The notes: generated by a model not told the origin, from the letters alone. A stretch of 64,000 nt of DNA from Lama glama (GCA_028534125.1 CM052818.1:3102001-3166000); one strand, 5' to 3'; shown: positions 1-12,274, counted from the first letter of the stretch. Made by a program: numbers and translations.

Positions 1-351
1 GAAGAAATGTTCAACTCCAGTAGCACTTTAGACGAGTGCAAATGCAAGTGAGGAGATACTAGTTTTTATGGATCATATTGGCAAATATTAGTAAGACTAA
101 TAACATCTTAATGAAGGAGAAAATAAGGTGGAGTAGATGGAGATCTCAGGAGCTGACTCTGTTGGGGGGAGTGTGAATGACTAAAACCTTTGAAAAACGA
201 TTATTTACTAAGATATAGAGAGAGATACCATTTAATCAAGAAATATCATGCTTGGAAATGTATTCTACAGAAATAAAAGAACCACTCATAAGGAAAAATG
301 TACCAGGGTGCTTACTGCAACACTGTAGTGGCAAGGGGTGGGGAGGCACTA

Positions 352-2056
352 GGTATAAAATTCTAACAGACATAAGGAGAAATTGACTGAAACGCAATAA
401 CAGTAGAGATGCTAACATCCCACTTACATCAACAGACAGATCTTCCATGCAGAAAACCAATAAGGAAAAGAAAAGGAAAAAAAAGAAAAAGAAAAGAAAA
501 TTACAGACCAATATCACTGATGAACATAGATGCAAAAATCCTCAACAAAATATGAGCAAACTGAAGCCAACAATATGTTAAAAGGGTCACACACCATGAT
601 CAAGCAGGCTTTATCCTAGAAATGCAAGAATGGTTCAGTATCTAATAATCAATAAATGGGACATACTACACCAACTAATCAAAAAATAAAAACCATATGA
701 TTATCTCAATACATGCATGAAAAGCTTTCAACAAAATTCAACATCCATTTAGGATAAAAACTCTGAATAAAGTGGGTATAGAGGGAACATACATCAACAC
801 AATAAAGGCCATATATGATAAGCCCACAGCTACCATACTTAGCGGCAAAAAGCTGAAAGCATTTCCTCTAAGATCAGTAGCAAGGCAAGGATGCTCACTC
901 TCGCCACTATTATTCAACCAGTATTGGAAGTCCCAGCAACAGCAATCAGACAAGAGTAAGAAATAAAAAGAATATAAATTGGAAACTAATAAATAACACT
1001 ATAACTGTTTGCAGATGATATATATTATACATAAAAATTCTAATGATGTCATTTAAAAGATTACTAGTGCTCATCAAGGAATTCAGTAAAGTTGCAGAAA
1101 ACAAAATTAATATACAGAAATCTGTTGCATTTCCATACACTAACAACAAACTATCAGAAAGTGATATTAAGGAAACAATCCCATTTACAATCGCATAAAA
1201 AAGAATAAAATACTTAGGAATAAACCTATATAGGGAAATATAAGACCTATACTCAGAAAACTATAACATACTGATGAAGGAAATTGAAAATGATACAAAC
1301 AGATGGAAAGACATGCCATGCTCGTGGATTGGAAGAATTAATATTGTTACAATGACCATAGATTGCCCAAGGCAATGCAATCCATATCAAAGCATCAACG
1401 GCATTTTTCACAGAACTAAAACAAATAATTTTAATATCTGTATGGAAGCACAAAAGATCCCAAATAGCCAAAGCAATCTTGAGAAAGAAGAACAGACCAG
1501 AAGGGATCACACCTCTTGACTTCAGGCTATACTACTAAGTCACAGTAATGAAAACAGTATGGCAATGACACAAAAATAGACGCATAGCTCATTGGAACAG
1601 AATAGAGTCCAGAAATGAACCCACACATATATGGACAATTAATCTATGACAAAGGAGGGAAAAACATACAATGGAGAAAGACAACCTTTTCAATAAACAA
1701 TGTTGGGAAAACTAGACAAATACATGCAAAAGAATTAAACTGGACTACTTTCCCACACCATGCACAAAAATAACTTCAAAATGGATTAAAAAACTTGAAA
1801 CCATAAAACTTCTCAATGAAAACACAGGCAGTTAGCTCTCTGATGTCGATCTTAGCAATATTCTTTTGGGTATGTTTCCTCAGGCAAGGGAAACAAAAGC
1901 AAAAATGAACAAATTGGATTACATTGAGCTACAAACTTCTGAACAGTGAAAGAAACTATCAACAAAATGAAAAGGCCACCAACTGAATTGGAGAAGATAT
2001 CTGCAAATGCTATATCCAATAAGGGGTTAATATCAAAAAAATACACAAAGAACTCT
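352..2056 (+). mobile_element. Degenerate LINE-1 ORF2 fragment (short endonuclease piece joined to the RT region), frameshifted
   Basis: ORF-track pieces match L1 ORF2 ([63 protein letters not shown]). RT catalytic motif DNA 'ctgtttgcagatgat' (LFADD) lies near 1005-1019. Multiple stops. Confidence 0.92.
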
Positions 2057-2059
2057 ACC

Positions 2060-2462
2060 CATCTTCAGTTTGGAAGAATCATGCCCCTACATGATGTATT
2101 TACCAGATCTCCTTAGGAGACATAGGAATGCCTGCTCAATTCATACAGAGCAATTTACTCATGGTGCTGGCAAGGTAACCCTTTAGGATATAACATTAAT
2201 TTTTTTTAATCCTGTAAGGGGTCACTACGACTCACTTCTCACCTTCTATGTGCACATCTGGACTATGTAAATTGTCAGTATGTCATCTGATGTATAACCT
2301 TTTGTCTCCAAAATGTATGTAACTGTGCTTTAACTTCTAATGGGCAGACCAGTCCTCAGAGCTTTCTGAAAGGCTGTCTCCTGGAATATTATCCTCAGGT
2401 TGGCTCAAATAAAATTCTCTATTTCTTTTTTAGATTCACTATTAATTAATTTTTCATCAACA
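2060..2462 (+). repeat. ERV 5' LTR (5' end not recognisable, abuts L1)
   Basis: Shares 'agtcctcagagctttctgaaag', 'aataaaattctctatttc' and 'attaattaatttttcat' with 7594-8027; ends in CA at 2461-2462. Confidence 0.85.
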
Positions 2463-2472
2463 TTTATTTTCA

Positions 2473-2490
2473 TGGTATAGCCAGCAGGGT
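2473..2490 (+). promoter_or_regulatory. Degenerate primer-binding site, tRNA-Ser-like
   Basis: 'tggtatagccagcagggt' starts 10 nt after the LTR end. It matches 13/18 of TGGCGTAGTCGGCAGGAT (complement of a tRNA-Ser 3' end), with several mismatches at CpG positions. Confidence 0.55.
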
Positions 2491-5342
2491 ATCAGAGACA
2501 CCCACCAGAGGGTAGCTGGAGTTTACCCCAGACTGGTGCTTGGTACCAGCGCAGGCCTTTTGAGCCCCACCAGCTTCTTAATACTCCTCAGCTCTTTCAG
2601 CGAGTTCTCCTGATATCCAGATCTTCTTGTTTTAAGAGATAATCCTAAAAATTACATTTGAGCTGTTTTAACTTAAGACTTGGAGTCTTAAGTAAGAGGC
2701 ACTGATGCATTTCCTAGGCAGGGCTCTAAGGGGATCTGGGAGGGAGGCTCAGGGAAACATAGGTCACCAGGTTTTTGCTAAATCTGGCTTAACTGAAAAA
2801 CAGGTAGATATACGGTCTGAACAAACTGTTTGCTAGTGAAATGAGAGACAATTATTCCACTCTGAAGAAAAGGGACATTTGCTCCTTCTGGCCACAAGAT
2901 GTCCTCAGGTGACTGAAAACCTAGGGGAAGTGTCAGGATTAATTCTTGTGGCGTGCAGCAGTCTCACAGGGAATCTCTCTACAACCATTTAGTAAATTCT
3001 GCTCTTCCTGGGATGTGTGATATAAAGACTGATCACCTAGGGCTCTGAGTACTCACAGAAAAAAAGAGGAACAAACAAAGACATGTAAATGAGTCAAATC
3101 AACCCAAGGATGACACTTGGGGAGCTGGATTCAGAGGCAACACGCATCCAACCCACCTCATGGTCTCCGAAAGCTATTCAGATCATATCTGAATGAGGCT
3201 ACCAAATTAATAATGGGACACTGTGCCTCAAAGACCAAACAGCTTCCTGATGGACAGCCACCCATGGGACCCCCAGCTGGGCTTCTGCGTAACACTACGG
3301 AACTGATCCTTACAAATGCTGCTGGGAACTGAGGGAAGTCTCACCCTGAAAATGACCAAAATGGGGCTCTCTTGACATTCCCAAACTGACTTTACGTACA
3401 CAGTTAGAAAATGCTGGCATGATAAACATCTTTTCAGAATTCAGACCCTATGGGAAGAAGACTTTCTAGGAGGAACTTGCTCTTCTCTCTGTGTGTCTTG
3501 AGATGTAAAGATTCTACCAGGGCTCTCAGGAATTCTTATCTAGACCATCTCCAATTCCTGAAACTGCAAGGAAAAAAAAGGGAAAAGTGGCCTTTTAAAA
3601 CTCAAGCAGGTAAACTTAACTTACTTCAATTGTTATTTACAAAGTAGTAAGTTTATATTATAATACTTGATTCATAACTAGATTTTAAAATATGACATCT
3701 CTGGTTGTGTCTGTCTATATATCTATGTGTACATTATAGATATGATATATCTTTCCCTCCAAATGGTTTTACCAAAATTAATTTGTAAATAACCTCTATT
3801 TAATTGACTTAAAGTAAATTAAACTCAGATAAATACTCAGAAATATAAAAGAAACTAACCCAAATGAATTTCAAGTTCACATGATCTGGAAAACATTCAA
3901 TATTAAAATTAGTGTTTGGTACTGAAATTAGTTTCAGTTTATTGGTTTAATTAATACAGGTATGTCTTTGGAATCATCAGCATTAAGTACCTAGGTTAAC
4001 TGGAAGTCAAATAAGATCTTATTATCTCTGTTACAAAATTTATCAGCAAGAAAAATAACTTAATTTTATGAAACCAAGTTTCTTTGTTAAAATTGCACTG
4101 TAATTAGATTTTTAGCCATGCCTTTTAAAGACTTTTGTCATTTATAGACAGTTATTCTTGTACTCTGATGCTTTTGAAAGAATGCCTCATCTCCAAGAAG
4201 ATTTATTTTAAAAAGCTTTTGACAAGTACAAGCTCCTGATGATAACTTTCCAATCATGCCACTGAATGAGGTAAGAATTTAAAGAATTCTAATGAAACCT
4301 GATGGCTTCATAAACTGTTAACAGAAGGCCAAGGTCAACAAGCATTAACTATATAGGACTGAATGAACTGATGAATACAGTTACAGTTTTTCTGGGTTTT
4401 TTGTCTGAAATATTATTGGCTTTTAATTTTTGTTTTCCAGTTAAAAAGAAACCTTTCCCTTAAGCTAATTATGACTTACAGCAACTTGGTAAATTGTACC
4501 TTTGTAAGCAGAATTGAAATATTTATCTTTATCTACCTGATCCTTCTAGAATTTGGAGACTCTTAGTAAGTATTCTTATTTTTATGGCAATAAAGTTATT
4601 TGTATAAGTTGAGTAAGAATCTGTTCTCCTTATAATAGGACATAATTGGAAACATTGGTTATATCACCATGGCTTTGAGTTGAATGCCATACTAGAGACT
4701 ATGATAAAATCAGATATTACCAAACAGCTTTAAAGAACTAAAGGCAAACTTTATGGTGCTAGAAAACCCCTTGGAAAAACAACCTGGTACACTGCTTTTA
4801 GGGTTCCCAGTATTCTTCCCAGGTAAATAAAGAAGTCCACCTCCTGGCTGATGCAGGAATCTCAAGATGTCTGAGGGACCTTGAGAAGAGAGGAATTCAC
4901 CCAAATCTACAAATACTGCAGGAGGAAACTGATAACAAGCCCTTGATGTGGCTTTCCTGGCCTTGAGAGGCATTTTAAAAGTTCCGTCTGAGATTCCTTA
5001 TGAAAAGTTCCAGCAAAGCCAGTTTAAAGTGCCTATATGGTCAATTACACTTACGTAAATAATCAAGCCAAGTTTATTAAAACCAGACTTATTCTGCGAA
5101 CACTTTAGTCTTAATTTGGCTATATTTGGTGAAAATGAGGACAATTTTAGAGGGAGAAAAATGTTTCACCAATATACCTTTGTGGATATTAAATTCTAGT
5201 GTTGTTCAGTTGTCTTTGAGGTTTTATATTTACTCACTTCCTGGACAGCTCCTCATTACTATGCTATATTATTATAAAGTTTAATTAAAATTATAAAGAA
5301 CAGTCTAAGTTTCTTTCTGAAGCTTATCCCAACAATCTGTCT

Positions 5343-5546
5343 TTGGATGAAGATCAGATGCCCACTGACCAGCAACCAGATTATGCATACTGGGAAAGAC
5401 ATCATTTAAAGGACTATATCCAAACTAGATGGAAGGATCCTTATCAGGTACTATCAACTAGTTTATGCACAGCAAAACTGAAGGGAATTGACTTTTGGAT
5501 TCATATTTCCCACTTAAAAAGGGCCCTGCACTGGACTGGTCTATAG
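5343..5546 (+). pseudogene. ERV pol remnant: integrase C-terminal (GPY/F-like) region
   Basis: Translation QPDYAYWERHHLKDYIQTRWKDPYQVLSTSLCTAKLKGIDFWIHISHLK resembles the gammaretroviral PRWKGPYxVLLT..WIHxSHLK motif. Confidence 0.85.
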
Positions 5547-5607
5547 AGAGGACTGCTGACCTCATCACCTTAAAACAATGCTCAGACAGAAGATAAGCCA
5601 CATGCAC

Positions 5608-6212
5608 TGATACAGGAAAAATGGAGCACAAGAGGATGGCCATGTCCCAGGTCCCAGGTGAGTCCCTGGGACATGCCTCATTAAGTGAGGGTCCTTGGCT
5701 TCATGCAGAAAAGAATTCAAGAGTGAGCCACAGCAGAGTGAAGTATAGAGATGCACACTCCATAGACAGAGTGCGGGCCATCCCAGAAGGCCAGAGAGGC
5801 CATGAGGCATGGGGATGGTGTTTAGTTCACAGTAGAAATAGATACACACTCCATAGACAGACTGCAGGCAACTCCAAAGGTGAGAGAGCTACTATAAGGT
5901 GTGAGGTTGTTAATTTTTATGGGCTCAGTAAGTTCGTATGCTAACAAGTGGGACGATTATTCCAACTATTTTGGGGAAGGGGCTGGGATTTCCAGGACCT
6001 GGGCCATCACCCACTTTATGACATTTTATGGTCAGCCTTGATAACTGTCACGGCACCGCCCCGGTGGGAGTGCCATTTAGCATGCTATTGTATTAGAATG
6101 AGCATATATTGAAGCTCAAGGTCTACTGGGAGTTTAATCTTCTGCCATCTTGGTGCTAATTGCTGTGCCATTCTTTCAATGGTTGTGTCCTACCCCCTCC
6201 CATCCTGTCTCA
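5608..6212 (-). mobile_element. Solo LTR of a second ERV family nested in the provirus, probably antisense
   Basis: Termini tgatacagga...tcctgtctca form an imperfect inverted repeat (TG...CA). Flanks gcac/acac are a 4-bp TSD with one mismatch. Internal ~90-bp tandem repeat containing 'cacactccatagacaga'. Confidence 0.75.
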
Positions 6213-6801
6213 ACACCAAGACAAGAAGAGAACGAGATCATAAGTAGGCAGCTAGCCCAAGGTACTGGACCTGACCTGTATGATCATTATCGTATTTTCT
6301 TGATTTCTTGGACTTTTTAAATATATCAACATTTTTCTGTCATGGGCACAAATCCTATGTAGGGTTTAAAATTAATTCAGTTGTTGGGTTTATGGTCAAT
6401 TAACTAAGGCTAGTACTTGTAAGTTACCTTGGTGATTTCTCCTCTCCAAAGCTCTAACTGGATGGCCCTTAGAAATTTTATTTTAGGAGAAACAAACTCT
6501 AGAACTGTGCAAGCTACTGCCAATATCATTAAGTGGGACCCTCTTACCTAGCCAATTAATGACATTTGTTCTGAACCTGGCCATAAATACTCTTTTTCGC
6601 TAGATATTAAGTATATTAGGCAGCTCCTAACAGGACCCAGTGGATTTATGAAAAAAACTTATGTCCTTGTCTTTCCTCGGGTTGGTTAGGAAAATGCACA
6701 ATTGGTTTCCCTTGGGCTTAAAATCACTCAGGTAGCCTTGGAAACCACCCCTACCAATCTGCCTTTAATTCGAGCACTCTAGGATCAATTAGTATGATTA
6801 T

Positions 6802-7335
6802 TTGGCCACAATATTTATTGCGTCACTTGGAATAGAAGATGTCATTATTCACATAGAGGCTTTAACAAAATTCACCCAGCAAACCTTAAATGATAGTAAC
6901 CATGCCATCAACTTGCTCAGGTCAGAAGTTTCCATGATGAGAAAAGGGGTCCTACAGAATTATATGGCCCTCAATATTTTAACTACTTCCCAAGGACGAA
7001 TTTATGTTACAATATGTACTAAATGTTGTGGTTTTATACCTGATGAGTTGTCTAATATAAGCAACATTATGACACATATGAAGACTCAAATTTCCACTCT
7101 GAACGATCCACTTTCCAGATGAGGGGAAATGCTAGGAAAATGGTTTGGATCAGGGGAATCCTGCCTTAAATCTTTACTAATAACATTGTTACTCCTGTTG
7201 GCAATTTTTAGTACAGTTTGTATAACTTGTAAAGTAATGGTTTATTGCCTTTTGCACTGTGTATCATCTGCTCCTACGAAGATAATGATATCTAATCTGC
7301 TTGAAACTATTGATCACATCTACAGTTCTCTATAA
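6802..7335 (+). pseudogene. ERV env transmembrane-subunit remnant
   Basis: Two in-frame ORFs (6802-7122, 7129-7335) split by one TGA. They contain a heptad region, ISD-like VLQNYMALNILTTSQG, a degenerate CX6CC region (IYVTICTKCC) and a hydrophobic anchor LLITLLLLLAIFSTVCI. Confidence 0.88.
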
Positions 7336-7593
7336 AATACCGAACATGCACAATGCATATGCAATGTGAAATTGGCATAAGTCCTATTGGAGAACCTGGA
7401 ATTGACTGTCAGTAGTTGCCAGACATTCTACCAGTACAATGGCCCTAAAAGAAAAGAAAGAACCAGGCTACTAGGGACGTGATGTTCTACGAGACATGAT
7501 GGAACCCAGGGCAGGTAAGCAACCGCCATTGAGGTATCAATATTTGATCACCTAATGCTTTCTATTGAAAGATTAATGATCATAAGGGGGAGT

Positions 7594-8027
7594 TGATGAA
7601 ATACAACTATATTCAAGGCAGGAAAAGAAACATTTTATACATAAAATTCTCTCTCTGATCCTTTAGGCCACTAACCCTCAATAGTGTGTGTACTGTGTAT
7701 TACAGGATACATTAACCAGGAAGCAATTTTTTTCCTGGTGCCAGCAAGGTAACTCCTTAGGATGTAACATTCCTTTCATAATCTTTAATCAAGATGACCC
7801 ACTATTTGCCTTGCGCATTCAGATCTGGACTACATAAACTGTCAGTACCTCATCTGATGTATAACTCTTTGTCTCCAAAACATAAAACTGTGCATTAACT
7901 TCTAATGATTAGAACAGTCCTCAGAGCTTTCTGAAAGACTGTCTCCTAAATTAAAATCCTGAGTTTGGCTTGAATAAAATTCTCTATTTCTTTCTTAGAT
8001 TGACTATTAATTAATTTTTCATGAACA
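7594..8027 (+). repeat. ERV 3' LTR, preceded by polypurine tract 7584-7592
   Basis: 'aagggggag' then TGATGAA...ATGAACA; contains AATAAA; direct repeat of the 5' LTR. Confidence 0.87.
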
Positions 8028-8258
8028 ATATGAAATGTCCAGAATTGACAAATATGCAGAGACAGATTAGTGGGCCAAGGAGAGGGGTGGGATGGGGAAA
8101 TCAGCAAGGGTTTCCTTCTGGGAGTGATAAAAATATTCCAAAATTGAATATAGAGATGGTTGCACATCCCTGTGAATACACTAAAAAAGCCACTGAACGG
8201 TACATTTTAAATGGAAGAAATGTATGTTATGTGAATTATATCTCAAACAGTTGATTAA
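8028..8258 (+). mobile_element. Old L1M 3'-end fragment
   Basis: 'gatggttgcacatccctgtgaatacactaaaaagccactgaacggtacattttaaatgg...tatgtgaattatatctcaa' is typical of L1MB/MC 3'UTR. Confidence 0.7.
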
Positions 8259-8993
8259 AAATGCTATCCACTATTAACATTTGCCTTATCCTCAAAAGGT
8301 TAATATTTGATATCTTTAAATAAAATCCCAAGAATGTGCCACATATTTTAAAGACAATTCCAAAAATGGTAATCCAAAAGTATCGTACTCTAAAGGAACT
8401 ACTTGAAGAAAACATCACATTTTTGGAGTGTACCTTCTACAATGTTAAGTTTTTTTCACATGACTTATAAAATGCAATACGAAATTCATAATGAGTATAC
8501 TGAAGCATATTTCAGAGCCCTAATTTTTCTGCCTCCCTGGGAGAGGACTGAAATTTGAGTATCTTCTGACTCATTTGGTTTTAGAGTTCTTGGGGCCGAT
8601 TTGTGTCAAATAACCATTTCTTTAGCATTTTCCAATGTACACTGATACACCAAGGAGATTCAAATATAAAGCAAAATTCCGCGAAAATCTGGAAAAATAT
8701 TCCTGGCTCTCAAAAATTTGCTTAACACCAAGACAAGTTCTTCTTAATGAAACTCTTATTTTCTTAAGTTAAAAATTATTTTTATGTGAGATTTTCTGTA
8801 CAGAAAAAGTAGGAGCTTATTCAACTATACTGGAATGAGAGAAAAGAAATCATGCTTTACAACAATGAAAAGTAACACATTATATAGCTTCTCAATAAAC
8901 TTTTATTTTTAAATGAAGAAATAAATCTTTCCCATATGGGAACAGCTGCTAGCAGTTAGTCCTAAAGGTTTTCAGCAAAGCCACTTACCGTCA

Positions 8994-9064
8994 GCGCCGC
9001 TGGTGTAGTGGTATCATGCAAGATTCCCATTCTTGCGACCCGGGTTCGATTCCCGGGCGGCGCA
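8994..9064 (+). tRNA. tRNA-Gly (anticodon CCC)
   Basis: 71-nt cloverleaf: acceptor stem GCGCCGC/GCGGCGC, A box TGGTGTAGTGG, anticodon arm CAAGA-TTCCCAT-TCTTG, B box GGTTCGATTCC, T4 terminator at 9070-9073. Confidence 0.97.
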
Positions 9065-9229
9065 TGCAGTTTTGGTTCTGCTGTAGCTTACTCTTCTAAA
9101 TTTCTCTTATTCTGGAAACGCTTAAAAATTTTAATTTCCATGAAAATTTATGTTTCATTATAATTTACTGTGGAAACATTTGAATCAGGAGGTGGAATTC
9201 AAAAACGCTTACTCGTCATGAAATAGTTA

Positions 9230-9980
9230 ACCTTTACGCCTGCGCAGTCTGAGTCATCCCCTAGCGCTGTTGGAAGAGCGGCTGCGCAACAAGTGACTAT
9301 ATGGACTAAGGTGTAGCCTGGCGGCCCGAAGGTTGAAAGTGCAAGATTCTTCTGCGCCTGCGCGGCCCAGGTCACTTCCCTGGCTGCTCCAAGGCTCCCG
9401 GCTCGCCGCCATCTTGTATTGGGGGCTTCATTGTTCGCTCTGGGCCGGGCAGTTTAGTGTAATTGCCGCGAAGAAGGAGGCGGGGTAACCTCCAGTCAGC
9501 CGAGAAACCCCGCTATTCTGTAGCCATAGCGGCTCAAAAGATTTGTGAGGTAGTAAAGGGTAGGGAGCTGGACCCGGAGGCGCCGCCGCGACCGCAGCAG
9601 CCATGGAGGACGAGATGCCTAAGACTCTGTGAGTCTGGGGCAGCGATGAGGGGGGCGGTTGGTGGTGGTCCCGGAGCAAGGCTTCGGCTCTGCGGCGCTC
9701 CCCAGCCTATTGTTCCCCGTGGACGCCGCGGTCTCATGGTTTCTCTCATTGGCGTTCACCTGATGCCCGGGGACCCGGGCTGTGAGAGTACGAGATGGAG
9801 GGAGAGGGGGCTCAACCCCCTAATTGAGCCCCGACACCTTAAGTACACCACGGCTTGGCCTTTGGCCTCGCCCTGGGCCCTCCGTGGTCCTAGGCCTGGA
9901 GAAAAGACTTTTTCATTCAAATCTCTTTTTAGAACTCGGCGAGCCTTTTTGTCCCGTGCTTTCCTTCTCTCCTCCCCCTC
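9230..9980 (+). promoter_or_regulatory. TIA1 CpG-island promoter and first exon region
   Basis: CpG-rich. NRF1-like CGCCTGCGCA (9237-9246) and TGCGCCTGCGCG (9353-9364), AP-1 TGAGTCA (9250-9256), YY1 GCCGCCATCTT (9405-9415). Confidence 0.8.
9603..9628 (+). CDS. TIA1: TIA1 exon 1 coding part (MEDEMPKTL)
   Basis: Strong Kozak gccATGG; donor CT|GTGAGT. Confidence 0.96.
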
Positions 9981-11129
9981 CCCCCCGCTTCTCGGTTAAC
10001 CTCTTGATCTTTACAGCCGTCTCCCTTCCATTTCTCTTTGATTCCTTCCTGAAACTCATCCTTTTCTTCTCGTTATAGGAATTTTTCTCTTGAAAGTGCT
10101 TGTACTAATTTTCAGGGAGGTAAACTTTGTTCTCGCAGTCGCCAACTGGAAAAAAGCCAAATTCTTTTTCTTTTAACTTCTCTTTGATTTTCCTTTTGTG
10201 CCACCCCTTCCCCCGATGAGAACGCCTAAAATCGACCCCCTAAGGATTTTGACACTGCTTTTTAAAAACAGGAATCTCACCTGGAGGGACATAGAGACCA
10301 GGGGGAAGTAGATTTAATGCATTTTTACCATCGCTTGCTACTTTTGTGATTGACACGTTGGTGAAGGAGCGAGGAGTTTTATGAAGCAATTAATGTTAAT
10401 TAATGTTAGTCACCCCTGAGAATTTGTACAGTTAGTGTTAAATGATCTCAGTTAAGGATACTTTTCTTTGTCGTGTGGCATCCCCCAGCGTTCGCCTTTG
10501 TTTTTCGAAATATTGTCGGTCCTACCCTTGTGGCTTTTCTCGAAAAGAATAAAAAGCCCGATGAGTTTTGGGCAAAGCTTTTTGTTTTTATTCTTGGAAT
10601 ATTGGCAATTCGAGAACTCTGTGCGTTAAAAATACACTCGTAGGTTTCTTTTTGCAACTCTAGATACTACAGTTGTTAAGAAATACAATATAAATCAGTT
10701 ACTTTTTTCATGACTAAGTTTCCGTTTGTAATCTATATGAGAAATACAGTCACACTTGTTTTCTTAATAGATAAGTAAACTTTTTGCTAGTTTGTCTCAT
10801 AATCTGTTACCTTAAGTGTCTGTTAATAGGATGCGGAAATTAGTGCTTGGCCTTTGTTTTTGAAAGATTATGTCTAAAAAATCATTAGCCCCATAGTTTA
10901 TGGAAACCTTTTTAAGATTCTTATTTTGAAATTTTAATTTCAGAAACTGCCAGAAATATCTGGGAACTTAACCTTTTCAGTATGTTAATTTCGGTATATC
11001 AGGTAATGAAGACAACTTCAGCTTTCTCAAGCCAATGTACAAAAGTTGGTAGTTAAATAACACTAGCTTGGGGACGGGACCAACTATTGCAGGAGAAATA
11101 ACGAAGAAAGTTTTATTCCACAAATACTT

Positions 11130-11280
11130 TTTGAATACTTACGATTTGCTATGTTCTGTGTTAAGTGCTTTGTGAGCTTATTTAATCCTCATCAGAACTG
11201 TGCAGTAAGTGGATCTATTGTGCAGTTGAGGGAAAGCTAAGCTTAGAATTTAACTCATCCAAAGTCGTATAACCTTATTG
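11130..11280 (-). mobile_element. MIR SINE fragment
   Basis: 'ttaagtgcttt...tttaatcctcatcagaactgtgcagtaag...gagggaaagctaagcttaga...aactcatccaaagtc' resembles the antisense MIR core. Confidence 0.55.
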
Positions 11281-11827
11281 TTCATCATCCTGCAGGTCTA
11301 CTCTCCTCAACTCTTAACTCTTAAAATTTATTTTGCCTTGTATCTTTCACAAGCATACCCCATCCAAGAATCTTTTCCCCAAAGTAGTCCATGCTTTAAC
11401 ATTTCCTGTTATCCCCTCCCTTGCTTCTGTCTTTCTCAACCAAAATTCCCATTCTTCCAATCAGACCAGCCTTGATTCAGTATGAGTAGATTCTCATCCC
11501 TAAGTTTTCCCACTAATGTTTCTACTTTTAATATAAAATGTTTGTTTGAATAACCTTGGAAGTCAGGGGCTTTTAATACGTTCTTTACACAGTGTCAGGT
11601 CCAGGGTAAGTGGTCAGTAAATTTGTTTTTAAAACTAGTATCATTCCAAGCAGTGAGTCAAGATTTTATTCATTCTTGAAGGTAAGATGTGGTCTGAATT
11701 CTTCTGTTGCCTGTGTACCTAAATGGCTCAGAGGAAATGCCTCCCTTTGCTACAAATGAGTGTTCAGCATTGCCTTGTCAGAGATTGCCAGTACTCAGTT
11801 TCTTGTCAACAGTACTTTGGAAACATA

Positions 11828-12042
11828 CAGTTGACTCTTGGAACAATTCAGGGGTTAGGGGCTTTGACCCTTGAGCAGTCAAAAATCCATATAAAACTTT
11901 ATAATTAGCCCTCTGTATCCGTAGTTCTGCATCTGTGGATTGAACCAGCCATGATCATACAGTACATATTTAGTGGAAAAAAATCCATGCACTTCTAAGT
12001 GGACCCGCGCAGTTCAAACCTTTGTTATTCAAGGGTCAGTCA
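11828..12042. mobile_element. MER8-like Tigger-family MITE
   Basis: TIRs cagttgactcttg ... caagggtcagt with flanking TA; internal 'gtggacccgcgcagttcaaacc'. Confidence 0.7.
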
Positions 12043-12274
12043 TATTGTGAGAGGTGGATATGTTTTCAAAATAGAACTGTAGAAATTGCCAGTGGATTGG
12101 GTGTGGGATGTGAGAATGAAGTCAATAAGATTTATTTACAAATGTGGAATTATTAATCATCTAAAATGTTAGTTTGTTGCAAAACATAAGTAAATGGAGA
12201 ACAGTCTTGACAGCATGGCTGTTTTAGTCTTGCAGGCATAGTGTTAGATACTTTCATTGAGACTGGTTTATGTA

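Larger units (their letters stand above)
2060..8027 (+). mobile_element. Degenerate class I (ERV1, MER4-group-like) endogenous retrovirus: 5'LTR - PBS - gag remnant - AT-rich internal region - integrase C-terminus - env TM - PPT - 3'LTR
   Basis: Direct repeats ~2150-2462 and ~7723-8027; env TM with ISD-like motif; integrase GPY/F-like peptide; purine tract before the 3'LTR. Family assignment from memory only. Confidence 0.88.

Noticed and set aside
9463..9999. 178-aa ORF over the TIA1 CpG island
   Set aside because: GC-rich, stop-poor sequence with a non-ATG start; it crosses the real exon 1 donor in a different frame and has no recognisable domain.
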